DNA of 64,000 nucleotides from assembly GCA_963664705.1 (NCBI GenBank), contig OY761556.1:4832001-4896000 (forward strand), in the 5' to 3' direction. The first letter of the stretch is position 1. Every line of letters starts with the position of its first letter. The notes under the pieces were generated by a model. The model was not told the origin of the DNA. It worked only from the letters and a program-made list of their open reading frames with translations, and did no database searches. Position numbers and translations under genes: made by a program. Of the stretch, positions 21,383 to 30,296 are shown one piece after another. Source of the stretch: Acidobacteriota bacterium. Its GTDB lineage: Bacteria > Acidobacteriota > UBA6911.

Positions 21383-21408
21383 TTATCGGAGACAGGGGAC
21401 GTTTTTTA
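21383..21408 (-). promoter_or_regulatory. Putative sigma28-type promoter
   Basis: Minus strand TAAA-N14-TCCGATAA upstream of the kinase leader (spacer one nt short of consensus). Confidence 0.35.
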
Positions 21409-21489
21409 TACTTCAAAATGGGCGGGTTTATCGTGAGGGAAATTACAGCGCATTGCCGCGCGTTTTTGCCGCTGACTTCGCAAATTGGG

Positions 21490-21522
21490 CCGGGAGCACC
21501 GGTAGGTCGACAGCGCTCCCGG
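21490..21522. terminator. Hairpin downstream of the ALDH gene (GGGAGC family)
   Basis: ccgggagc...gctcccgg, about 20 nt after the stop. Confidence 0.45.
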
Positions 21523-21541
21523 TTTAATCACTCAGGAGAGA

Positions 21542-22987
21542 TCAGGAATAGGAGGTGCAGATAAATTTCAAATCCGTGAATTCCTCCATCCCACACACGG
21601 AATCTGACTTGCCGATCCCGCTCCCCTTGACGTTCCCGCCCCATGGGAATTCGGGAGTCATCATTCTCGGCATATTGATGAAAACGCTGTCGACGCGAAG
21701 CTCATTGGTGATTTTCAGGGCCTTGCTTCCGTCTTTTGTCCACACGCCCGCGCACAGCCCATAACTGGAGTCGTTGGCAAGTCGTATCGCTTCCTCTTCC
21801 GAGGAGAATTTGAGAATGGGCGCAGCCGGTCCGAATATCTCTTCCTGCACGATCGTCATATCGTGTCTGCAGTCCGCTACAACGGTGGGCATCAGGAAGT
21901 AGCCCTTATTGAGCGGAGCGGTTGTCGGCCTGGCACCGCCACACACAATCCGGGCTCCCTGTTCCCTGGCGGTCTGGATGAAATACTCCACTCTTTCAAG
22001 CTGCCCGAGATTGGCCATGGGTCCCATCATGGTCGAATCTTCCCAGGGCAACCCGACCTTGATCTTGTTTACTTCTTCCACGAATACCTCTACAAACTTA
22101 TCGTAGACTTTTTCATGCACATAGTACCGTCCGGGAGTCGAACAGTTCTGTGCACTGTTGCCATAATGTCTGCCCGCCTGCATCCTGGCGGCCTTCTCGA
22201 CTTCGGCATCTTCGCAAACAATAACCGGATTATTGCCGCCAAGCTCCATCACGCACTTCTTGACCGTCTGACTTGCGGCTTTGAGAATAACCTGCCCTGT
22301 ATCGGTCGCACCCGTAAAGCGAATCATATCTATGCCCGGGTGAGTGGCAAGCGCATCTCCCACGCTTCCGCCCGGACCCGTAACCAGATTCACCACTCCC
22401 TTGGGAATATCCGCCTTCTCGAGTATTTCGGTAAATTTGACGCCAAGGATGGAATTGACGCTTGCAGGTTTGAGAATGCAGGTGTTTCCCATGACAATGG
22501 CCGGGCCAACCATGCTCAGCATCATCATCAGGGGAACATTCCATGGCGTGATTACCGCGCATACGCCGATCGGCACTCTCTGAAGATATCCAACAGTGTT
22601 CGGCATGGACCGTGGAAGGACCTGTCCCATAATGCCGCGGCTTATCGATGCTATATATTCGAGCTGATCCACGGCAGCCATTGCAAAACCTCTCGCCAGC
22701 ATAACAGGCGTGCCGTGTTCATTCACTTCAAGGTCCACCAGTTCCTTTGAATGCTCCTTGACCGCCGCCGCAAATCGCAGAATGGCTTTCGCCCTGTCCG
22801 ACTGCGACATCCTGGACCAGCCCGGCAGCGCTTCATTTGCAGCCTTTACCGCTTCATCAACATCTTCTTTCCCCGCGAAAGGAACGCGCCCAAGCTCTTC
22901 TCCGGTGCTGGGATTAACAGTCGCGAATGTCCTGCCTGACAAAGCGTCTACCCACTTGCCATTGATATACATTTTATAATTCTGCAT
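21542..22987 (-). CDS. NAD(P)-dependent aldehyde dehydrogenase
   Basis: ITPWNVP, FTGAT, catalytic Glu MELGGNNP, catalytic Cys AQNCS, EEIFGP; start at ATG 22987 with GGAGAG RBS. Confidence 0.93.
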   Translation of the reverse strand: MQNYKMYINGKWVDALSGRTFATVNPSTGEELGRVPFAGKEDVDEAVKAANEALPGWSRMSQSDRAKAILRFAAAVKEHSKELVDLEVNEHGTPVMLARGFAMAAVDQLEYIASISRGIMGQVLPRSMPNTVGYLQRVPIGVCAVITPWNVPLMMMLSMVGPAIVMGNTCILKPASVNSILGVKFTEILEKADIPKGVVNLVTGPGGSVGDALATHPGIDMIRFTGATDTGQVILKAASQTVKKCVMELGGNNPVIVCEDAEVEKAARMQAGRHYGNSAQNCSTPGRYYVHEKVYDKFVEVFVEEVNKIKVGLPWEDSTMMGPMANLGQLERVEYFIQTAREQGARIVCGGARPTTAPLNKGYFLMPTVVADCRHDMTIVQEEIFGPAAPILKFSSEEEAIRLANDSSYGLCAGVWTKDGSKALKITNELRVDSVFINMPRMMTPEFPWGGNVKGSGIGKSDSVCGMEEFTDLKFICTSYS

Positions 22988-23393
22988 CGTGCTCTCCGAA
23001 TGTTTGCTTTTTATGTTCATCCCCAGCAGTTATGCCCTGACAGGGAATGTCTCCTGCCGATGCCGAACATCTTCAACTTCGCCGGCTTTTAAACACTTGT
23101 TTGAATATGGATGGCACTATAGCACATCTTTATTTCGTCATTAGCGATTATTGGAAATTCGTGTCAACCGAAGAGTCCGGCAACTCCGCCGCGATTCACC
23201 GCGACATATAGTGGTAATCAAAACTTTCCATACACCTAATAGTTTGTTTTCCTCATTTTGGTGGTAGAATCGATTCGGCGTTGGCCATAGATCAAAAATC
23301 AATTGTGGACACCCATTATTTGGGGATTGCATACGATGCCAATCGCCGCTGATTCAAACCCTTTTTTGCGCTGAGGCGCTTGGTCTCAATACC

Positions 23394-24035
23394 GTGGACC
23401 TGCATCGAAAAGAAATGGCAGAGGTCTCTTCCGAAGAGAGCCGACGGGCCGACAAGCGGTCTTCCCGAGGTTTGGAAGATGTTTCGCATCTATTCCTGTC
23501 GCAATCGCTCAACAAGCCCACAGAAAAAGCGGTAACTCCCGGCACTGCACCCGCATCGGCTCCGTCCGAACGGGCGCAAAACGAAGTCCCTTTTTTGCTG
23601 CACGATTCCCCAACTGTGAACCGGGAATCGCTTCTGAGCCTTTTGAACGGAACCGCCGCAGTCCTGGAAGAGGGCTTGCGTGTCATTGATTCCAATATTC
23701 CCTGCGATCCATTTGGCTCGATCGATCTGGTCGCGGTCGACAGCGAAAACCGTTTTTGTATCATCAATATCGATGTGTCCCAGAAGGACGAGTCGCTTCT
23801 CCGCGGAATCGCCTGTTTTGACTGGGTCGTTCGCAATATCCCGATTGTGCGGCGCATGTATCAGGGACGCGTCGTCAATTTTTCGGCTCAGCCCAGGCTG
23901 TTTCTTGTCGCACCCGGATTTTCCCCCTTAGCCCAATGCGTGGCTCAACGCAGCACCAGCCCCAAGGTCTGCTGCCTTTCCTATCGCACCGTGACCATGC
24001 CGGGCGGGGTGGGCATCCTGTTCAATCGCACCTGA
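23394..24035 (+). CDS. Hypothetical protein with PD-(D/E)xK/NucS-like C-terminal fold (probably degenerate)
   Basis: GLRVID...GSIDLVAVDSENRFCII...PRLFLVAPGF resembles restriction-endonuclease-like folds; no ExK motif. Confidence 0.55.
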   Translation: MDLHRKEMAEVSSEESRRADKRSSRGLEDVSHLFLSQSLNKPTEKAVTPGTAPASAPSERAQNEVPFLLHDSPTVNRESLLSLLNGTAAVLEEGLRVIDSNIPCDPFGSIDLVAVDSENRFCIINIDVSQKDESLLRGIACFDWVVRNIPIVRRMYQGRVVNFSAQPRLFLVAPGFSPLAQCVAQRSTSPKVCCLSYRTVTMPGGVGILFNRT

Positions 24036-24308
24036 GATAATCCGTTCATTCCACGCTGGCTTTCGCTGTCTGAAATCAAGACCGCTGGAATGAGACTCTC
24101 CTGCCGCAAGATGAGATTCCTCTAAATTTCTACCTCAAACTTGCCCCAGCCAACGCCTGTGAACACCGGGAACGGCACAATATATTGGGGGTCAGCGAAA
24201 AAAACTTCCAGATATTGTATTTTTTCCTTGACTCCGACTCGCTCCCTCCGGATATTGGCCCATTAGGAATTTTGTTTTGCATAAAGTGGAAAGCGAAAGG
24301 GAGAGCAG

Positions 24309-25310
24309 ATGAGAATTATAGCAATTGCGAATCAAAAGGGAGGGTGCGGGAAGACCACTACGGCTATCAATCTGTCGTCTTGTCTGGCATTGAAAGGGCA
24401 AAGAGTATTGCTGATCGACCTGGACCCTCAATCCCATGCAACGATGGGGCTCAACATAGATTGCGACCCGGAAAAGAACATATACCATGTGATCGCTCCG
24501 ACGCAGACGGCGTCGATCGGGCTCGATGATGTCATCGTCCCGGTTAAGGAAAACTTTGACATTGCGCCGTCCGATACGATGCTGTGCGCCGTGGAACAGG
24601 AATTGGCCTGCGTCGATGGCCGAGAAAAGAGGCTGTTGGAAGCGCTCGAGGCGATGAAGAAATCCTATGATTTTGTAATCATCGATTGCCCTCCCAGCAT
24701 CGGCCACCTGTGTTTCAATGCACTTCGTGCCAGTTCAGAGGCTATTATTCCCATCGACATGAGCCTGTTTTCGCTGCGTGGAATTGCAAAGCTGACGGAC
24801 ATGATGGTCACGATCGAAAACGCATACGGTCATGTAATTTCGCCGCGGGCCCTCGTAACCATGTTTGATGCCCGGACACGCTATTCTCAGGAAGTGCTGG
24901 AAAGGGTCCAGGAGAAGTTTGAGGAAAAAGTATTCGATACGGTTATCCGCTACAACATCCGGCTCAGAGAAACCGTGGATCACGGATTGCCTATTGGCGA
25001 TTACGACAAGCATGCCATCGGCCAGAAAGATTACGAGGCACTGTCCAAGGAAGTGCTTGCCGGAGTGGAAGACAGTTCGTTCGATGAAATCGAAGCATCT
25101 TCCGGGGCTGAGGAAGTGCTGCGGACCACAAAGGAATATCTCGATACCATGGAGCCGGTCCCCATGTCGGATGTGGATTCGGAACTGGAGACGGAAATTG
25201 CGGACAGCTTCCCCTACCCAGCCCAGTCCTCCTATTCGGCAATGATCAAGGCGATCGCCGGTGGCGCCATGCCGGAATGGTCGGATGAAAGCGACGAACC
25301 GGACAAATAG
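24309..25310 (+). CDS. parA: ParA/Soj family ATPase (orphan) with acidic C-terminal tail
   Basis: IAIANQKGGCGKTT, LIDLDPQ, IIDCPPS, TMFDART; no parB adjacent. Confidence 0.9.
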   Translation: MRIIAIANQKGGCGKTTTAINLSSCLALKGQRVLLIDLDPQSHATMGLNIDCDPEKNIYHVIAPTQTASIGLDDVIVPVKENFDIAPSDTMLCAVEQELACVDGREKRLLEALEAMKKSYDFVIIDCPPSIGHLCFNALRASSEAIIPIDMSLFSLRGIAKLTDMMVTIENAYGHVISPRALVTMFDARTRYSQEVLERVQEKFEEKVFDTVIRYNIRLRETVDHGLPIGDYDKHAIGQKDYEALSKEVLAGVEDSSFDEIEASSGAEEVLRTTKEYLDTMEPVPMSDVDSELETEIADSFPYPAQSSYSAMIKAIAGGAMPEWSDESDEPDK

Positions 25311-25315
25311 ACCTA

Positions 25316-25537
25316 CTGGGAGCGCCGCCGTCCGGCGGCATCAGCGCCCGGCAAGCAGCCACGCCCCTTGCCGGCGAGACGCCTGATGCCGCATGTGATT
25401 TGTTCTGAGCCCTGCGACGCGAGTGAAGCACCAGAGGCCCGGGGGGCCGAAAGCGAGTAGTCAGGGGTTCGCTGCGCTTCACTCCTGGCTGCTTTCTGAT
25501 CGCTCCTCCGGGGCTGGCGAGACGCGGACGCTCCCGG
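25316..25537. repeat. Second, internally deleted copy of the palindromic element
   Basis: Starts ctgggagcgccgccgtcc; 25381-25500 matches the reverse complement of 10078-10150 and 9903-9957. Confidence 0.75.
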
Positions 25538-27572
25538 TGTCCCGCGCGATGAGCGCGGCTCCGAGAGCACCGATGATCTGGGGATTATCCGACATTTCCA
25601 GGCGCGCACCCAGGGCACGCTCGATGGCGCTGACCACGCCGGTATTTTTGGCAACGCCGCCGCTCATCGCAAACTTGCCCTGACGCCCCACTCTTTCCAG
25701 CAAAGCCGCCGTGCGTGCGGCAATGGCGTCGCACACGCCGCGCGCAATTTCCGTCACCGGCGTTCCTTCGGCGATGAGCGACACGACTTCGCTCTCCGCA
25801 AATACGGTACACATCGAGGATATGGAGGCCGATTTCCCGGCTGCAAGGGCATGGGGCCCCAGATCGTCGATGTCGATTTCGAGCGTGCGGGCCATCATCT
25901 CCAGAAAGCGACCGGTGCCAGCTGCGCATTTATCATTCATTGCGAAAGCCCTTACCTGGCCGTCATCCTCAATGGCAATCACTTTTGTATCCTGCCCGCC
26001 GATATCAATGATTGTATGAACGCCTCTGGCCAAATGTGCCACCCCGCGGGCATGGCAGGTGATTTCCGTGACCTGCTTGTCTGCAAAATCCACGACGCCA
26101 CGGCCATAGCCGGTGGCTACACATTGAGCAATCTTCCCGTCTAATCCCTGATCCGTGAAAATCAACTGACGCAGTTTTGCGACAGATTTGCGGCTGCTGG
26201 CCCCGGTCAGGATCACGGTGTCGAAAATGATTTCTCCCCGGCTGTTGATGATGACAGCCTTGGCGGAAAGCGATCCGATATCGATGCCCAGATAGAGGTG
26301 CTCATTATTCACCATCCCAGTATTCACCACCTTCTTTCCATCCATCAGCTCCACAAAACCCTGCAATCGCGTCAGCGTCTGGCCTTTTGAATAATTTCGA
26401 CTATCCACGCAATCGCCATCGAGATCCAAAAAGGGAATCTTCATCGCCTTGAGCGCGTCGGCAATCGGCCGTACGCCACCGCACCCCTGGCGGCATCCCA
26501 GGTGCGAATAATGCAGTACTCCATCCAGCTGATAATCCCGCACCATCTTCTCGACAATCCGAACGCGGTTACTCACCGGGCCGAGATTGGGATTTTGCAG
26601 CATTTTGCGCGCGAGGCTCCTCATGGGCTGGCTCGCATCGAGCGGATCCCAGAATACCTGGGAGAATTCCTCCGTTACCACACGGATACCCATTGTTGTC
26701 TCGATCATTGGAATGAAATTGTCGGGGAAATAGGGATAAGCAAGCAGCCATGCGATACGGAATTTCTCTTCATCCGGATTCTCAGTCTTCCCGCACTCCA
26801 CTTCCTTGAGCAAATCCCGATAGCATTCGGCGAAGGATGGAGTTCCCATCATGAGCACGGACTGAAATGCCAGCGAGAATGCGGTTCTGCCGTAAAGAAG
26901 GCAAGGCCTGCTGCGGCGGAGTTCCAGCAGTCGCAGCATCATATCGCGGGTCTGGTTGCTGCAGCCAAAAACTCTCTCCCAATCCCGCATCGCTGCGCGG
27001 CGGCCGGTCAGTTCAACCAGTTTGTCTTCCACCTCTTCCAGTTGGGCGGCAAGGTAATCCACCGAGGCAGGGCTGCAATCGCCGGGAGTGTCGAGCAGCC
27101 TGTAGGCAGCTCCTGTCCGCGCTGCCAGCTCCTCGAGAGCCTTGTTTTGACCATCACAGAGATGGGAGGTGGCAATGATCAGATCGAATTCGGGCAAAAC
27201 TCCTGAAAGCCCGGCCCCCAGAGTAGCCCGGTGAAAGGAGCAACCATCGCGGCTGAATCCCAGGCGCTCGGCATACTCCAGGGTCCGTCTGGCATACCCC
27301 GCCGCCGCAATGGTTGCCGCAAGGTTTTCCGTATACATCGGCGAAGTACCGTAGACATGAAGCAGTTCAGCGGGAACCAAAAAGCCCGAAAGGACATTTG
27401 CGGTGCCTCGATGCCGGTAAATATCCAACAGCATGCGTGCATTCAGAAGATTAATGCGCTGTCGAGCCGGCAGCGTCGCTCCCGATCCGGGGCGGTTCTT
27501 CAGGATGTATCTCGCCAAAAGGCCGCGAATGATCAGGCGCTGAAGCAGACCCTTCGCACGATCGAGGCTCAT
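25479..27572 (-). CDS. 2-hydroxyacyl-CoA dehydratase subunit fused to its ATP-dependent activator (HgdC/FldI-like)
   Basis: N-terminal FSRDGCS, SHLCDG, GCRQ, LDGDCVD; C-terminal GIDIGSLSAK, ATGYGR, EITCH, DIGGQDTK, MNDKCAAGTGRFLE, SMCTVFAESE. Confidence 0.92.
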   Translation of the reverse strand: MSLDRAKGLLQRLIIRGLLARYILKNRPGSGATLPARQRINLLNARMLLDIYRHRGTANVLSGFLVPAELLHVYGTSPMYTENLAATIAAAGYARRTLEYAERLGFSRDGCSFHRATLGAGLSGVLPEFDLIIATSHLCDGQNKALEELAARTGAAYRLLDTPGDCSPASVDYLAAQLEEVEDKLVELTGRRAAMRDWERVFGCSNQTRDMMLRLLELRRSRPCLLYGRTAFSLAFQSVLMMGTPSFAECYRDLLKEVECGKTENPDEEKFRIAWLLAYPYFPDNFIPMIETTMGIRVVTEEFSQVFWDPLDASQPMRSLARKMLQNPNLGPVSNRVRIVEKMVRDYQLDGVLHYSHLGCRQGCGGVRPIADALKAMKIPFLDLDGDCVDSRNYSKGQTLTRLQGFVELMDGKKVVNTGMVNNEHLYLGIDIGSLSAKAVIINSRGEIIFDTVILTGASSRKSVAKLRQLIFTDQGLDGKIAQCVATGYGRGVVDFADKQVTEITCHARGVAHLARGVHTIIDIGGQDTKVIAIEDDGQVRAFAMNDKCAAGTGRFLEMMARTLEIDIDDLGPHALAAGKSASISSMCTVFAESEVVSLIAEGTPVTEIARGVCDAIAARTAALLERVGRQGKFAMSGGVAKNTGVVSAIERALGARLEMSDNPQIIGALGAALIARDTGSVRVSPAPEERSESSQE

Positions 27573-28675
27573 CTTCGGTTCCCCAGCAGTTCCGCAAACG
27601 CTTCGATACGCGTCCGCATTTGACCCAAAGTGCCGTCGAGACTGTCCCGCTCAATATGAAGGAAAGGAATCCCTCGATCCTGGGCCGTCTTTGCGAGACG
27701 GGGAAGATCCGATTGCACAAGATCGCAAAATTTGAGAGATAGAAAAATGATGCCTTTGACTTCGAATTCGCCGGCAAGATCGATGAGGTTGCCGGTTCGC
27801 GTCAGCGCTCCCTTCATTCGCGCGCATGCCCTGCGACGCAGATAGCGCCGGGCAATCCCTCGCAAAGGATCCAGGGTCGTGTCGACCAGGCCGTCAAAGT
27901 GCCGTTCCCCGGTGCACAGGTCATCACCTGCAACCCGAACGCCACAACTCTCAATCAACTCGTGCATCTCCCTCCCGATCACCGCACAACCGCAAAGGAG
28001 CACACCTGGCACTTTGGATTCATCCCGCTCGGCCGGCACGCGCGATGTCAGGAAGCGCCGGGCTTCCGTGTTGAATCGACGTTTGTCTGCTTGCATGTAG
28101 CAGCGGACAATGTCCGCAAAATCAGCGCTCGCCAGCGAAGCTCCCGGTAATCTGCGCAGCTCGGCGATTCTGCACATCAACCGGCGGGATTCATTCATGG
28201 TTTCGACTGCATCTCGAATGTCGTCCGGATGGATGGCATGCCCGGATTGCTCTTCCAGAATTCCGACAAATTCACGATAGCGAGCCTCCAGATAATCTTC
28301 GGCAATGGCATCCTGCCTCCGCGGACAATCAAGCCTGTAAAGGACAGGGATACTGGAATATCTCTCCCAGGCATCCGCCAATCGCCGCATGGCATCACAG
28401 GAATTGACAAAAACCATTCCTCTCAGATTATCTATCCCGCCCGCCAGTCCTACCTCCAGAGTCGCTCGTGTATAGGGACACAGATTGGCGGGAAGGTGTG
28501 CTTCATTCCCTGCCGTATTGGCTTCAATGCGATAGGGGGTATAGCCGGCAGCCAGGATGAATTCCTCGGGCGTATACGAGCAAAGCCATCCCACCAGGAG
28601 ATTCGCCGGATCGGGACGGCAATTCTCGAACTGGAAAGGCCTATTCATCCGCGAAGTCTCCATCCTGGGTCTCAT
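27569..28675 (-). CDS. 2-hydroxyacyl-CoA dehydratase subunit (HgdB/FldC-like)
   Basis: GWLCSYTPEE, NLCPY, NSCDAMRR, DDLCTGER, KFCD, GQMRTRIEAFAE; 4-nt overlap with the downstream gene. Confidence 0.9.
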   Translation of the reverse strand: MRPRMETSRMNRPFQFENCRPDPANLLVGWLCSYTPEEFILAAGYTPYRIEANTAGNEAHLPANLCPYTRATLEVGLAGGIDNLRGMVFVNSCDAMRRLADAWERYSSIPVLYRLDCPRRQDAIAEDYLEARYREFVGILEEQSGHAIHPDDIRDAVETMNESRRLMCRIAELRRLPGASLASADFADIVRCYMQADKRRFNTEARRFLTSRVPAERDESKVPGVLLCGCAVIGREMHELIESCGVRVAGDDLCTGERHFDGLVDTTLDPLRGIARRYLRRRACARMKGALTRTGNLIDLAGEFEVKGIIFLSLKFCDLVQSDLPRLAKTAQDRGIPFLHIERDSLDGTLGQMRTRIEAFAELLGNRR

Positions 28676-28695
28676 GGTAACAATTCACTTATGGA

Positions 28696-28739
28696 AGATT
28701 TCAGATTCCGGATTTCAGATTTCAGATTTCAGATTCCAG
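28696..28739. repeat. Heptamer microsatellite (GATTTCA/GATTCCA)n
   Basis: agatttcagattccggatttcagatttcagatttcagattccag. Confidence 0.8.
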
Positions 28740-28783
28740 CCCCAATCAGAAAGTAGCCGGAAAAGCGGCGCTCCCATTATCCA

Positions 28784-30067
28784 TCAATCCATCAGCGCCT
28801 GATAAACCATGGTGATGAATTCATTATAAAAAACCCGATCATCCGGAAATTTCTGCGTCAGGAATATTGCAACGATTCCTTTTTCAGGATCGATGATGAG
28901 ATGTGTAGAAGCGGCTCCGGACCAACCGAACTCCCCTTTGGAACCAAGATTGCCGCGACGAACCGGATCAACGAGCACGGAGACTCCAAGCCCATAGCCG
29001 GTCCCTGTGTTGAGGCTGGAATCCCCCATCCCCATCCACACTCCATCAGGAAGATGATTGGAACTCATCAGCCGGACAGTCCCCGGAGCCAGCAGGCGGG
29101 CACCATCAAGCTGACCGCCATTCGCCAGCATCTGTGCAAACCGCAGATAGTCCCGTGCACTGGAGGTGAGGCTCGAGCCTCCTCCGACTCCTTTATAGGA
29201 ACTGGTAGCCGGCTTGTCGGAAGCAGCGAGCTTCCCATCCTTGACGCCATAGCTTGTTGTCAGACGGGAAATATCCAGCGCAGGCACGCCCAATGTGCTG
29301 TCCTTCATATCGAGCAGCTTGAAGATGCGCGAACTCACGAACGCGTCGAACTTCATTCCGGAAAGCCTTTCGACCAGCGCTGCCTGCAAATCATGCGATA
29401 CGCTATACACCCAGCGCGTGCCCGGCTGATATAGCAATGGGATCTTCGCAAGTCTGGATACCATCTCCTGCAGGCTGCCCTGCGTCACCTTGGCATCCTG
29501 ATACATTTTGTCGACGGGTGTTTGACCAAACCCGTAGCCAAAACCCGCGGTATGCCGAAAAATATCGCGCACCGTGGGTTTGCGCTTTGGCGGTTCGACT
29601 TTCATCTGGTCCCCGCTGCCTGAAACATAAACCTGCAAATCCTTAAACTCAGGGAAGTATTTATCCAGCGGGTCGTCAAGCTGGAACTTGCCTTCTTCAA
29701 AGAGCATGAGAAGGGCTGTGCTGGTCACAGGTTTTGTCATGGAATACATGCGGAACAGGCTGTCGGTTTTCATAGGCGTGCCCGCCTCCAGATCCGCCTT
29801 TCCGTAGGCATCGAAATGAACAATCTTGCCGTGGCGTGCGATCAGCGTAATCACGCCTGCGGTACTGCCCTGATCGACATAGCCGTGCATCCTGGCGTTG
29901 AGCCGGACAAGGCGCTCGGCTGAAAAGCTCTCCTTCTCAGGCGCCACGCTTGATATCTCTGCGGCATTTACCGTCTGAAAGGCAAGAATGCCAACTAATC
30001 CGAGCGCAACGACAAGATGGAATCCGCTTGAAACAGCTTTGAAGAAATTACTCTTCCGGTCTCGCAT
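28784..30067 (-). CDS. Serine hydrolase, beta-lactamase/EstB (family VIII esterase)-like
   Basis: SxxK (YSMTK), RHTAG, LLYQPGTRWVYS, FGWSGAAST; start at ATG 30067 with GGAGGA RBS. Confidence 0.9.
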   Translation of the reverse strand: MRDRKSNFFKAVSSGFHLVVALGLVGILAFQTVNAAEISSVAPEKESFSAERLVRLNARMHGYVDQGSTAGVITLIARHGKIVHFDAYGKADLEAGTPMKTDSLFRMYSMTKPVTSTALLMLFEEGKFQLDDPLDKYFPEFKDLQVYVSGSGDQMKVEPPKRKPTVRDIFRHTAGFGYGFGQTPVDKMYQDAKVTQGSLQEMVSRLAKIPLLYQPGTRWVYSVSHDLQAALVERLSGMKFDAFVSSRIFKLLDMKDSTLGVPALDISRLTTSYGVKDGKLAASDKPATSSYKGVGGGSSLTSSARDYLRFAQMLANGGQLDGARLLAPGTVRLMSSNHLPDGVWMGMGDSSLNTGTGYGLGVSVLVDPVRRGNLGSKGEFGWSGAASTHLIIDPEKGIVAIFLTQKFPDDRVFYNEFITMVYQALMD

Positions 30068-30296
30068 GACTTCCTCCAGGGGATGTGTCATTTGGATTGA
30101 TAATAGAGAAATTGAATTTTCTATCATAAGCCAGCCTCTGAACCGGTAAAAACGAATAACCGCATCTGTGCTGGATAGTTTGCCGGTGCCGCATTGCTTG
30201 ATCGAAGCGAAGGCTTTGGAGTATAAGATCTGGAAAATCATGCAATTCAAATCGACCGCAGTATTACGTAACCAGACGGAAGCAAGGAGGCGTTTG

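Noticed and set aside
21240-21420. c-di-GMP or other known riboswitch
   Set aside because: I could not match a known aptamer consensus; only the terminator hairpin is supported
28784-30067. Beta-lactam resistance gene
   Set aside because: SxxK is present but there is no KTG motif; it looks like a family VIII esterase
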